From the NCBI RefSeq assembly GCF_006345805.1, contig NC_042998.1:205468001-205532000 (forward strand): a stretch of DNA of 64,000 nucleotides. Direction: 5' to 3'. Both the position numbers and the translations under genes were made by a program. This DNA is from Octopus sinensis (lineage: Eukaryota). Below the pieces are notes generated by a model. The model saw only the letters and a list, made by a program, of their open reading frames with translations, made no database searches and was not told the origin of the DNA. Shown in pieces: positions 50,425 through 63,374 of this stretch (positions within the stretch are counted from its first letter, which is position 1; each line of letters starts with the position of its first letter).

Positions 50425-52520
50425 TATATATCATCATCATCATCATCATTATCATCATCGTTTAACGTCCGTTTTCCATGCTGGCATGGGTTGGACGGTT
50501 CGACCGGGGATCTGGGAAGCGGGAAGGCTGTACCAGGCTCCAGTCTGATCTGGCAGTGTTTCTACAGCTGGATGCCCTTCCTAACGCCAACCACTCCGTG
50601 AGTGTAGTGGGTGCCTTTTACGTGACACCGGCACAGGGGCCAGGAGAGGCTGGCAGCGGCCACGATCGGTTGGTGCTTTTTATGTGCCACCAGCACGGAA
50701 GCCAGTCAAGGCGGGACTGGCATTGGCGATGTTCGGATGGTGCTTTTTACGTGCCACCATCACAGGTATCACAACTACATTTTCCATTTGATTTTTTGAT
50801 GTTGATGTACTTGACTCAATAGGTTTCCTCAAGCACAGCAGGTCACCCTATGATCCAAGGTAAGCACAGCAGGCCATCCTGCGACCCAAGGCACTTTGGA
50901 TGGGGTGGGGCTTCTATGTGAAGCTGGTGCAGGAAACAGCCATAAACTCACGTTATTTGTCGGGTCTTCACAGTCACAGCATATCTCCAGAGGTTTCAGT
51001 CTTTCATCATTGCCTCTGTGAGGCCCAATGTTCGAAGGTCATACTTGACCACCTCATCCCATGTCTTCCTGGGTCTACCTCTACCCTGGATTCCATCAAC
51101 TGTTTGGGAGTGGTACTTCTTCACACATCTCTCCTCATCCATCCATAGTACATGACCATACCGGTGCAGACGTCTCTCTTGCACGCCACATCCAATGCTT
51201 CTTATGTCCAGCATTTCTCTCAGGGCACTTACACTCTGTTGTGTGTGCACACTGACATTACACATCCAGCAGATCATGCTAGCTTCATTTCTTTCAAGCC
51301 TACGCATGTCCTCCGCAGTCACAGCCTATGTTTCACTACTCTGAAGCATGGCAGTTTGCACACATGTGTCATGCAATCTACCTTTCACTCTGAGCGAGAG
51401 ACCCTTTGTCGCCAGTAGGGGTAGAAGCTTTCTAAACTTTGCCCAGGCTATTCTTATTCTAGTGGTAACGCTCTCTGAGCATCCACCTCCACTACTAACT
51501 TGGTTACCTAGGTAGCAGACTATCAACCTACATCTAATTTCTTCCCCTGGAGAGTGATGGAATCTGTTTTCTGAGTATCTGTGGTGTCTATTGCCCCTGT
51601 GCATCTGCCACACACAAAAGCTATTTTCTCGGTTAATTTTCCTTTGATGTTGCTGCACCTCTTATGTGTCCATAGCTTACACTGGGTACATCTTATGGAG
51701 TTTCTACCTACACCTTTTCTACAGATCAAGCAGGGCCACCTACCTGAAGGGGTGTGTGATGAGTTCGCCTTTCTGCTTACTATAACTTTGGTCTTTGCTA
51801 CATTTACTCTAAGGCCTTTTGATTCTAAACTTAGCTTTCACACCCCAAATTTTTTTTAGTTCCGGTAGTGATTATGCTATGAGGACCAGGTCATCAACAT
51901 AGAGGAGCTCCTAGGGGCAACCCATCTTGAATTCCTCTGTTATTGCCTGGAGGACTATGATGAATAAAAGGGGACTGATGGCTGAACCTTGGTGGACCTC
52001 TACTTCTACCCGGAATTCTTCACTATACTCATTGCCAACCCTAACCTTACTAATGGCATCTCTGTACAGCCCTTATTAACCATTCGTCAATCCCCAGTTT
52101 CCACATCGCCCACCAAATAAGAGATCAGGGGACCCTGTCAAAGGCTTTCTCCAGTCCACAAAATATCCAAGTATAAGGGTTTATCTTGGCTAGGTATTTC
52201 TCCTGTAGTTGTCGAACCAGTAATACAGCATCAGTGGTGCTTCTACATGGCACAAAACCGTACTGCATCTCATTTAAGTAGACTCTCTCCCAAATTAGTT
52301 GGGCTATGACCCTCTCTGTGACCTCCATCACCTGACCCAGCAGTTTGATATCCCTACAGTTATTTCTATCTAAAGCATCACCTTTACCCTTGTAGCAGTT
52401 GACTATGGTGCTGCTATGCCTGTCTATGGGTATGACTCCATCATGAACTACCTGGTTTACAATCCGGGTGACTAGGCCATAGCCCACACCATCAGATGTT
52501 TTAAGCATCTCATATATATA
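50425..52520 (-). mobile_element. RTE-clade LINE (RT with internal PHD-like finger, 3' UTR, (GAT)n tail)
   Basis: YKGKGDALDRNNCRDIKLL, MQYGFVPCRSTTDA, LEKAFDRVP, SKGLRVNVAKTK, CLICRKGVGRNSIRCTQCKLWTHKRCS...FVCGRC, RLHRYGHV and GRGRPRKTW. Confidence 0.92.
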
Positions 52521-52854
52521 CATATGCACAAAGTGTACTGTTCCGTAAAGGCAAGACTAACACAAAAAAAAGTGCTCCATCTGGTGAGAGATAAATATAT
52601 TATTTAACAAACACAATATATGCTTCTATGTGTGACTTTTAGTTTCATGCAATGAAAGAATACCAAACAGTATTTTTTAACATGTCTGATGCTCTGGCAC
52701 AATCTTCAGGCAACTGCCCACAATGCATAACAAGCATGAAACTAATACTAGCACATAGAAACATATACGGTGTTCCTTGCAGGTGGGATACTGTGCAACT
52801 GGTTGTGGTGCACCCCTCGGTGTAGATGCATCTCGTCAGGTCATGTTACAAAGG

Positions 52855-53262
52855 GTATACTCTTTTACTTGTTTCAGTCATTTGACTGTGGCCATGCTGG
52901 AGCACCACCTTTAGTTGAGCAAATTGACCCCCAGGACTTATTCTTTGTCAGCCTAGTACTTATTCTATCGGTCTCTTTTGTCGAACCGCTAAATTACGGT
53001 GACATAAACACACCAGAATCAGTTATCAAGCGATGTTGGGGGGACAAACACAGACACACAAACATATACACACACATACATGTATATATATACATATATA
53101 TGACGGGCTTCTTTTCAGTTTCCCTCTACCAAATCCACTCACAAGGCTTTGGTCGGCCCAAGGCTATTGTAGAAGACACTTACCCAAGGTGCCACACAGT
53201 GGGACTGAACCCGGAACCATGTGGTTAGTAAGCAAGCTACTTACCACACAGCCACTCCTGCG
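52855..53262 (-). mobile_element. SINE family A, full length
   Basis: Complete family match. Confidence 0.9.
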
Positions 53263-54142
53263 CCTCTTGATAAAATAACTTGGTTTTGATGCAGCATGCA
53301 GTTAGTGATAGTAAGTTTAAGCCATTGGGTAGGAATGGTCATGGAAGGATTCCATTGCAACTTTATAAACAAAGATAGGAAGAAATTAAGAAAAACAAGA
53401 TAAAAATGAGAAATAAAAGTAAAAATAAAGCATACAATAAAGTAAAATATTATTTGAGTTAGCACCCCCATACACATACCTCCATACCACACTAGCTGTT
53501 CTGTGCACACACACACACACACACACACATACACACACACACATCCTCCCATGTGAAGAGTTAAAGAGATGTTATTAAACTCTTTGATAAATGTCTTCAT
53601 ATTCTTGCATCATGCTGCGACCCAAGGTTCTGGCTGACTTGGTCAAGGGCTTTTCTTGGTCGTAAATCTTTTAGTGGCTATTATACTCACATACATACAT
53701 GAAAACATACACTTATGTGTATGTGAATATACACATATATACACACACACACGCACACACACACACACACAAATCTGTAAATAATGAAAATAATATTTTA
53801 CAAGCTTAAAGCTTATAAGTGATCACCATGTATTGACTAAGGTAAATAGTCTAATACTGGGGGCATATAAGCCCTCAATTGAAAAAAGTGGGTTTTCTGA
53901 ATGCATAGGACTTGAACTCACACCTCTGTGTTTTCACAAGTGTGCAACAATAACATCAACACAGAAAACGCACATGCTTGTTTATAAAAACAGCACTAGG
54001 AAATTATAGATAGACAGACAGACAGACAGACAGATATAGACATACACACACACACACACACACATTCTAGAATTAGGTCTAATGATGGCATAAATGTCTC
54101 ATTTAAAATTGAGACAATGTCGAGTTGTAGCTTTGTTTAGAG

Positions 54143-54704
54143 CAGAGCTTCTCAAACTTTGTGGGCCACCCCTCCCCCTCATAGGCACCTAAAAAAAGTC
54201 CTCAGTGCCCCCACCCCTATTTTTATGTGTAAAATAAATATTTTATATTTTACTAATTTATATATATACTATGAATCATTTGATATTTAATATATTATAT
54301 AATTTGTATACAATAATATAATAATATTATAATAAATTCATAGTGTCCCCCAATCCACTGCCTTCCTCCCAGTGCCTCCTTGTTCCCCTGCACCACCCCC
54401 CCCTTAGACACCAGCGCCCACCTGGACCTTTTCAACACCCACTAGGGGGCGGCGAGCTGGCAGAAACGTTAGCATGCCGGACGAAATGCGTAACCATATT
54501 TCGTCTGCCGTTACGTTCTGAGTTCAAATTCCGCTGAGGTTTACTTTGCCTTTCATCCTTTCGGGGTCGATTAAATAAGTACCAGTTACGCACTGGGGTC
54601 GATATAATCGACTTAATCCATTTGTCTGTCCTTGTTTGTCCTCTCTGTGTTTAGCCCCTTGTGGGTAGTAAAGAAATAGGTAGCACCCACTTTGAGAACC
54701 TATG
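54143..54704. mobile_element. hAT-family MITE with a nested SINE family B (about 54447-54678)
   Basis: TIRs CAGAGCTTCTCAAA / TTTGAGAACCTATG; 8-bp TSD GTTTAGAG (54135-42) versus GTTAAGAG (54705-12). Confidence 0.8.
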
Positions 54705-54829
54705 GTTAAGAGGAAGAGTTGCTCTACCAACACGTGGAATCTCAAAATCCTGTGTTTCATAATAAAAAAAGTTGTGTCCTCTTTAGTATTCCATACAGCA
54801 CAACATTTGCGTGTGTGTCATTAGCATAT

Positions 54830-55089
54830 CATGGCAGAACGATTAGCACATCAGGCAAAATACTAAGCGACGTTTTGTCTGTCTGAATGTTCTGGGTTCA
54901 AATTCTGCCGAGGTCAACTTTGCCTTTCATCCTTTCGATAGTTGATAAATTAAGTACCAGTTGAACGCTGGGGTCGATGTAATTGACTTGTACCCTCCCC
55001 CAAAATTTCCTGGCCTTGTGCCAAGATTTGAAACCATTATTATCATTATTATTGTTATTATTGTTATTATTATTATTATTGTTGTTATA

Positions 55090-55125
<36 letters not shown>

Positions 55126-55209
55126 GTTGTTATAATTATTATTATTATTATTATTATTGTTATTATTATTATTATTGTTGTTATAATTATTATTATTATT
55201 GTTGTTATA

Positions 55210-55245
<36 letters not shown>

Positions 55246-55560
55246 GTTGTTATAATTATTATTATTATTATTATTATTGTTATTGTTATTATTATATTAT
55301 TATTATTATTATTGTTATTATTATTATTATTATTGTTATTAAGGTAGTGAACAAGCAGAATTGTTAGCACGTCAGGCAAAATGCCTGTCGGTATTTTGTC
55401 GGTCTTTATGTTCTGGGTTCAAATTCTGCTGAGGTCGACTTTGCCTTTCATCCTTTCGAGAGTTGATAAAGAAGTACCAGTCGAACACTGGGGCTGATGT
55501 AATCAATTAACTCCCTCCCCTAAAAATTTCAGGCCTTGTGCCTTTAGTAGAAAGGATTAT
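54830..55560 (+). mobile_element. Two SINE family B copies separated by a (TTA)n array of about 300 bp
   Basis: SINE bodies at 54830-55035 and 55340-55560; TTA array with repeated GTTGTTATAA variants. Confidence 0.85.
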
Positions 55561-55910
55561 TAAATCGAATTGAACCAGCCAGGACCCCTGGACTGGTGGT
55601 ACGTAAAAAGCACTATCCAACTCGTGGCTGATGCCAGTGCCGCCTCGACTGGCTTCTGTGCTGGTGGCACGTAAAATGCACCAATCCGACCGTGGCCGTT
55701 GCCAGCCTCGCCTGGCACCTGTGCAGGTGGCACGTAAAAAGCACCCACTACACTCACGGAGTGGTTGGCGTTAGGAAGGGCATCCAGCTGTAGAAACATT
55801 GCCAGATAAGACTGGAGCCTGGTGCAGCCTTCTGGCTTCCCAGATCCCCGGTCGAACCGTCCAACCCATGCTAGCATGGAGAACGGACGTTAAACGATGA
55901 TGATGATGAT
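55560..55910 (+). mobile_element. RTE 3'-UTR copy (sense), (GAT)n tail
   Basis: GGAAGGGCATCCAGCTGTAGAAAC...GGACGTTAAACGATGATGATG. Confidence 0.85.
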
Positions 55911-56079
55911 GATTATTATTATTAGTATTATTATTATTGTTATTATTATTATTATTATTATTATTTATAATTCGTATTATAATCTGTGCTGTTTGCGCCT
56001 GTTCGAACAACAGCCATCTGTCTACTTTCTTGATTCCTTTTCCCTCGGCCATCAAGTATTATCTAAGTAATAGGAAACG

Positions 56080-56215
56080 AACCAATCACGTCCAACATTA
56101 AAACAATAGCCTTCCAAATATTTTCAAAGCACCAATCGCATTTTTACGAATTACTTTTCTCTGAATTTCTATCCATGACCACCCCATCATATTATATATC
56201 TGACGTCAGATCTGT
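56080..56215. promoter_or_regulatory. Candidate promoter: two CCAAT boxes and a palindromic CRE
   Basis: CCAAT at 56082 and 56132; ATCTGACGTCAGAT at 56198-56211; non-repetitive, CpG-retaining context. Confidence 0.3.
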
Positions 56216-56809
56216 CGTTCCTGTTTTGACGAGGTAGGTCGTAAATTGAGAGAAATTTAGCTGCTATTTCTAAAAGCTTTGTTGACCACATAGGGACTCT
56301 TTTGACGCGTTCTATTTGGAAGGGAAGTAACTCTGCGCATATAATAAGAGTTAACTCCCTTGAACTATTTATAACTACAGAAATCCTTTGCTTTACGGAA
56401 CAAATACGTTGCTGAAAACCTGCGTAACGCGAAATCTCGTCATGCATGATTCGTTATCCTCTTGATTTTCGTGTTGTCAAGGTGATATTACGTTCCTATC
56501 AACTTTTTTGAAAGGAAAATTAAGCGCAAGAAAACAATAGAGAGCAAGAGGGTCACTTTTATACGCGAAAATAACAATTTCTAAGCATAAAAGGGGCAAT
56601 TTAGATGCCTTGAAAACACAAAAGCATTCCTCGAGGGAATTAATAAGAATCGAGATATCGTAACAGATCGTTCTTACTACAAAAGATGTTGACAACTGAG
56701 TGAAGAGGAGGAGGAGGACAGACAGACAATATTTACTGTTTTAGAGTTCTTCATCACAAAAATGAGTTTGAGGCGAAGAAGAACTTATCCAGAGTTACTC
56801 TCTCTCTCT

Positions 56810-57017
56810 TTACTCTTTCACTTGTTTCAGTCAGTTGACTGCGGCCATGCTGGAGCACCGCCTTTAATCGAGAAAATCGACCCTAGGACTTATTCTTTGT
56901 AAGCCTAATACTTATTCCATCGGTCTCTTTTACTGAACCACTAAGCTATGGGGACATAAACACACCAGCATCGGTTGTCAAGCGATGTTGGGGGGATAAA
57001 CACAGACACACATACAT

Positions 57018-57070
<53 letters not shown>

Positions 57071-57230
57071 TACGACGGGCTTCTTTCAGTTTCCATCTAC
57101 CAAATCCCCTCACAAGGCTTTGGTCAGCCTGAGGCTATAGTAGAAGACACTTGCCCAAGGTGCCACACAGTGAGACTGAACTCGGGACCATGTGGTTGGT
57201 AAGCAAGCTACTTACCACACAACCACTTCT
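56810..57230 (-). mobile_element. SINE family A, full length
   Basis: Complete family match. Confidence 0.9.
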
Positions 57231-57239
57231 GCACGTTGT

Positions 57240-58950
57240 TGTTTGTTGTTTATGGTGAGTCATTGCTTTGCACAGCTCTGTATAGGAACTGAGCTCATTG
57301 TAGACCCCTTTTGTCATTTTTATGTTAGGTTCATGATTAGGATCCTTATCAGCAAAAACCTTCCGACCTTCCTCGATAACTGCCATTTATCGAGCAATAA
57401 CTTTCTCAGCCAATTTAAGTGCTCCAGGTGAAACTTCCATTGTCTCACCTGTATTCTCAGCTTGTTCTTTTTCTAAAAGCATCAGCTCCTTGTAGAGATA
57501 AACTTTCTCCCTGGGACGCCAGCATCTCAATCACGTTGTCCTTTATGACTTCTTCAAAGTCTACATACTTTGCAAGTGTTACGATATCTTTCTGAATTTG
57601 ATGTAGATGTTCTGCTTGTGCAAAACTTGTAATGTCATGGATATAATCTGGTCATTTACTTTTCCAAGCACTATTCGAAGTTGGGGGTTTCAATTCACCC
57701 TATGACTCAGTTATATTATCGACAGCATCCATTTTGTTGAATTTCTTCCCAAAATCTCTGACTGTAGGTTTTTTCTCCCTGTCAGTTACTTTCATAAGTC
57801 GTTTGAGAGTTCTCAAATAATATGCTTTAAAGCTAGCCATTGGTTAGATCCTTTGGTTAGAGTAAAGAACTTGTATTCCTGGGGATACACTCTACTTCCG
57901 CATTATCAGAAAAGTCATCAAAGTTTGCTGAGCAGCTCAGCGACGTGCAACCAAGAGAATACCCTCCATCAGGCATTTGCCATATTCTGAACGCCTTGCT
58001 TCCCTGGGCATGGACACATTGAAACTCCAACGTCTGGCAGCTGACTTGGCAGACACCCATAAAATTATCAACCATCTTACAAACAATAACTCTGAGCACC
58101 TTTTCAAACTCCACCCGTCCAACACCCGTGGACATATTTACAGAGTCAGAAAACAGCACAGCTCCCATGACTTTAGGAAACATTTTTTCATGCTAAGAGT
58201 TGCTGAAGCATGGAACAAACTGCCAGCACCAGTTGTTAGTTGTCGGAGCACTGCATCCTTCAAAACTTCCATGCTTCCTGAGATTCACCAACACTACACC
58301 TGATTTTCTCCCCTCCATACACACGCAAACATGGATCTGACTCATACACTGTTCACTTCCCAGACATTTCTACATTACTGCATGTACTTTATACGCACTT
58401 TCTGACAAGTTGTGGTGCACCTGAGCACTGTACACAATAATTTCACTATTATATTATTATTATTATTTATAAAAGAGGCAATGCTTTGTTAGAAATGTTA
58501 TATCCAGCACTGTATCTTTCTACAGCAGGACTAAAAACGTTTGTAAACCACTCTTTGGAAAAGCTGTCAGTCATCTATGCCTTCTTATTTGAACACCAAA
58601 TCACAGTTAGATTATATTTTGTGTAACACTTTAAAGTCCTTGGATTTTTGGAGTGATACATGAGTAAGGGCTTCAATTCCATATCCCCAGCAGAATTTCC
58701 TCCCAAAAGAAGTGTCAGACGATCTTTGGAAGCCTTAAATCCTGGTGTTGATCTTGAGAAATACAAGTTCTAGCAGGAATGTGTTTCCAGAAAAGTAAGG
58801 TTTCATCAACATTGTGTACTTGTTCTAGTGTCGCCCCCCCTCCCCATTCCCCACCTTCAGCATTCATTTTCTTCAAGTATTCAGGATAATTAGTTGCAGT
58901 CTCAGAATTAGCATTCACAGCTCCACCTGTTATTATGTTGTGCAAATTCA
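57240..58950 (-). pseudogene. Tigger/pogo (TIGD1-like) transposase pseudogene interrupted by a CR1 3' fragment
   Basis: NVDETLLFWK, GFKASKDRLTLLLGGNSAGD..LKPLL (58575-58950); ASFKAYYLRTL...FGKKFN (below 57840). Confidence 0.85.
57940..58450 (+). mobile_element. CR1 3' end (same family as 40562-43208)
   Basis: ORF 57977-58303 is near-identical to the ORF end at 40711-41080; 3' UTR and (TAT)n tail. Confidence 0.92.
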
Positions 58951-59166
58951 TGCAGAAATAGCAGCAGCCCCATCGCTAATGATAACAATTGCAACGGTGA
59001 CCACATCAGCCACCACGTTAGTACTAATAACAGCTCCACCAACAGCAACAACGATGACTAAAGCGCTACCAACAGCAACACCACCAATGATGTGCGCCTA
59101 TGCCAGCATTAATGGCACCAACACCAACAACTGTGGAATCAGCAGCAGCATCACCAAAACCCACAC

Positions 59167-59496
59167 ATGAACCCACACATCAGATGTTCTGAAAACACGT
59201 TCAAGCAGTGCCTTTCCAACCACAGACCCTCTTTCAGAATCCCAGAGGGGAGATACCCTACATCCGTGGCCAGCCATGTATGGTGGCTGGAAGACAAAGG
59301 AACTCCAAGCTTAATATCATGGAAGATTCTAGAAAACCGAGGCACCTACATAAACGGGACCGAGTGTTGTAAGCTGTGCATAGTCAAGCAGATGAGGATA
59401 TTAAAGGACTCCCTCAATCTGAGGAACATCCTTAACTGCAGAACAGAAGTTCTCAGACCCTGCTTGCACTTCAGGAAATTCCTGCTGATGTCCTAG
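59167..59496 (+). pseudogene. Penelope GIY-YIG endonuclease C-terminal remnant
   Basis: CSENTFKQCLSNHRPSFR...VASHVWWLEDKG...SWKILE...CKLCIVKQ...NILNCRTEVLRPCLH, the PLE ORF C-terminal pattern. Confidence 0.82.
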
Positions 59497-59499
59497 GAC

Positions 59500-59685
59500 C
59501 CACAAGCCAACAGAGTCAATTTTGGATAGAGACACTCCCTTGTTGTTGACAAAAAGTAGTGAAGTCTTTTTCTCCTCCATTTTCTACAGGGGCCATAAGC
59601 CGAGTTTAGGGTCTGAAGAAACAGTGTAAAGCTAAGCACTTTAGGGATGTGAAGTCCAGGATAACCCCATAAACCGGCCATATCT
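59500..59685 (+). mobile_element. PLE pLTR (family C) with decayed hammerhead motif
   Basis: AGTAGTGAAG...GGGT-CTGAAGA...TAAAGCTAAGCACTTTA...ACCCCATAAACCGGCC aligns to 24000-24130. Confidence 0.65.
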
Positions 59686-59954
59686 ATTTTTATCTACACA
59701 CACACACACACATATTTATGTATCATCATCATCATTTAATGTCCATTTGCCATGCTGATATGGGTAGGAGCTGGCAAGCCAGGGAGCTGTCCAGACTTCC
59801 TTGTGTGTGTGTTGTGGCATGATTTCCATGGCTGGACTTCACAGAGTGTGCTTGCTGCTTCTTGCATATCACTGGCACAAGTGCATTGTACGTGGCACCA
59901 GCACCTGCAAAGTATGTATCTATATTATGGATCATAGCTCAGTTAATTAAGAGA

Positions 59955-61321
59955 GTTAGCATATATGAGATGCAGTTTGGATTTTGCCAGGTAGAAGCAC
60001 CACCGATGCATTCTTCCTGGTGAGGCAATAGGAGAAGTATCTGGCTTTTGTTAACATGGGGAAAGCCTCTTACAGGGTCCCCTACTCCCTTATTTGATGG
60101 GCAATGTGGAAACTAGGAATAGGTGAGTGGTTAGTGAGAGCTGTACAAACCATGTACAGGGATGCTGTAAGTAAGATGAAAGTATAGCAAGGAATTTAAT
60201 GTACAAGTAGGAGTCCACTAGGGATCAGTTCTTAGCCCCCTCTTGTTTGTCATAGTTCTCCAAGCTATAACTGAGGTATTTAAGACTAGCTGCCCTTGGG
60301 AGCTCCTCTATGCCAACGACCTTGTTCTTATTGCTGAATCTCTAGCAGAAATTTCAGTTATGGAAGCAAGAACTAGAATCAAAGGGCCTTAGAATTATCT
60401 AAGCCAAGACCAAATTCTTGGTAAGTAGGAAAGCAGACAAATCACAGATCCCTTCAGGAAGATAGCCCTGCTTAATATGTATTCACTTCATTTGTCTCAC
60501 TTCATTTGTCAGGTCTTCGAAGTCACAGCATATCTCCAGAGGTCTCGGTCTTTCATCATAGCCTCTGTGAGGCTCAACATACGAAGGTCACGCTTGACCA
60601 CCTCGTCCCATATCTTCCTGGGTCTATCTCTACCCCGGACTCCTACAACAGTTTGGGAGTGGCACTTCTTCACACATCTCTCATCCATCCATCCTTAGTA
60701 CATGACCATACCAACGCAATTGTCTCTCCTGCACTCTGCATCCGATGCTTCTAATGCCCAACATTTCTTTCAGGACGCTTACACTCTGTTGTGCATGGAC
60801 ACTGACATTACACATCCAGCAGATCATGCTAGCTTCATTTCTTTCAAGTCTACGCATGTCCTCCGCAGTCACAGCTCATGTTTCACTACCGTGAAGCATG
60901 GCAGTTCGCACACATGCGTCGTACAACCTTCCTTTCACTCTTAGTGAGAGACCCTTTGTTGCCAGTAGGGGGAGAAGCTTCCTAAACTTTGCCCAAGCTA
61001 TTCTTATTCTAGTGGTAACGCTCTCTGAGCATCCACCCCCGCTACTAACTTGGTCATCTAGGTAGCGGAAACTATCAACTACTTCTAGTTTCTTCCCCTG
61101 GAGAGTGATGGAATCTGTTTTCTGAGCATCTGTGGTGTCTATTGCCCCTGTGCATCTGCCGCACACAAAAGCTATCTTCTCGGTTAATTTTCCTTTGATA
61201 TTGCTGCACCTCTTATGTGTCCATAGCTTACACTGGGTACATCTTATGGAGTTTCTACCTACACCTTTTAGAAACTCCATAAGATGTACCCAGTGTAAGC
61301 TATGGGCACATAAGAGGTGCA
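59955..61321. mobile_element. Rearranged RTE copy: 5' RT part on plus (59955-60480), 3' part inverted (60481-61268), short direct duplicate (61269-61321)
   Basis: Collinear with 50960-52300 once 60481-61268 is reverse-complemented. Confidence 0.85.
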
Positions 61322-61328
61322 TATATAT

Positions 61329-61650
61329 ATATAAAAAGGAAATGAAGAAAATGCTGACAAAATAATTTAAGTAAGGGAGAGTGTATTTAATTAGGTGAAA
61401 GTTCTTTTTACCAGTTGCGCATTTGTTATGCTTATCAAAAGATAAAGTTCCTTTCTGATTGATTTTTTTCTCTTATCTCACAGATAAGAGAAAAAAATCA
61501 ATCAGAAAGGATCTCTATCTCACTCAAAATATCTTTTGATAAGCATAACAAATGCGCAACTGGTAAAAGGAACTTTCACCTAATTAAATACACTCTCCCT
61601 TACTTAAATTATTTTGTCAGCATTTTCTTCATTTCCTTTTTTATATATAT
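61329..61650. repeat. Long palindrome (arms of about 150 bp) in (TA)n, PLE-like fold-back
   Basis: Centre CAC at 61479-81; arms match apart from a short asymmetric segment. Confidence 0.75.
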
Positions 61651-61678
61651 CACAACTCGTGTTCCACATCTCCTTTTT

Positions 61679-61713
<35 letters not shown>

Positions 61714-61879
61714 GTATACACACACACACATATACCAGCATAGAAAAGTGACATCAGATGATGATTTATATACACTACATCTAGTCTATATGTAATCTAT
61801 ATGGTGTCTATAACTAGCCTATATACAATGTTTATCTAATGTAGTTATAGTGTGTGTTTACATATATATATATATACAC

Positions 61880-61913
<34 letters not shown>

Positions 61914-62269
61914 GGAGAGAGCGAAAGATAGATAGATAGTAAGATAGATAGATAGATAGATAGATAAATATAGATGTTATATACATAGACTATATCTCGT
62001 GAATTTTGGATAATGAAAAGGTGTTTATCTTTTCAGAAGATTCTGTTCTTCCTTCTCCTGTTTTTCTCAGCATAAAATATTTGCGATAAACTCCAACGCC
62101 ATTTTGCATATCGTAAATAAAATTCCTTTTAACAAACTTAAATGAAATTCAATCTTTACACTTTCCATAAAATGTATGAAACGAGTCATTCCATCTTGTT
62201 TATTGATCTTCAAAATACAGGATTGGGTGGTTAGACAGCACAGCTCCCATGACTTTCAGAAACATTATT

Positions 62270-62780
62270 CAAGAGAATACCGTCCATCAGGCATTTGCCA
62301 TATTCTGAACGCCTTACTTCTCTGGGCATGGACACATTGAAACTCCAACGTCTGGCAGCTGACTTACAGATACCCATAAAATTATTAACCATCTTACAAA
62401 CAATAACTCTGAGCACCTTTTCAAACTCCACCCGTCTAACACCCGTGGACATGTTTACAAAGTCAGAAAACAGCACAGCTCCCATGACTTTAGGAAACAT
62501 TTTTTCACGCTGAGAGTTGCTGAAGCATGGAGCAAACTGCCGGCATCGGTTGTTAGTTGTCGGAGCACTGCATCCTTCAAAACTTCCAAGCTTCCTGAGA
62601 TTCGTCAACACTACACCTGGTTTTCTCCCCTCCATACACACGCAAACATGGATCTGACTCATACACTGTTCACTTCCCAGACATTTGTACATTACTGCAT
62701 ATGCTTTATACACACTTTTTGACAAGTTGTGGGGCACCTGAGCACTGATACAATAATTTCATTATTATTATTATTATTAT
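62270..62780 (+). mobile_element. CR1 3' end (same family as 40562-43208)
   Basis: Near-identical to 57955-58450; preceded by an out-of-order duplicate of ACAGCACAGCTCCCATGACTTT at about 62235-62268. Confidence 0.9.
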
Positions 62781-63374
62781 TAAAATCATATAAAGTATCT
62801 TGGGTTGAAATTTTAGACATGGGGGGGAATGGTGTTGATCACAGAACTCCTCCATGATGTAAAGCTACACGACAACAACAGCAACAACATACAACAAAAA
62901 CTACAAGAATAAAACAACAGTCGCAAAATAAACAAAACCAATGAAAGTCACAAAACAACTTTGTTGGATGATATCAAAGGAAACAAAACTAGGAAAGTAG
63001 CAAGGAAAAGGTAGAGGTGATTAGATGGCTTTAATGCATGACTAGAGAAGGGTTGCGAATCTCCCCAGGTAGGAAAGACGAGAAGAAAGTAGAGCGAAGT
63101 GGATAAATTCACTAAAATATTTCAACATTAGCCACAATCCGTTCAACAGAGCAAAGTCCGGGATTCACTTGAACTGAAGGGGAATTAACTCTGTATGGCT
63201 TAACTGTTTCTAGAGTTACTTCCCATGTACAACAAATTATGGCTTGCGCGAGAACCTCTTCTGTTGGGTTTTAAACTTAACTTCGTAACATTCATTGGTG
63301 TGGCCATGCTGGGGCTCTGCTTCGAAAGGTTTCGTCGAAAAATCGCTCCGGTACATATTTTTAAAAAATGTCTA

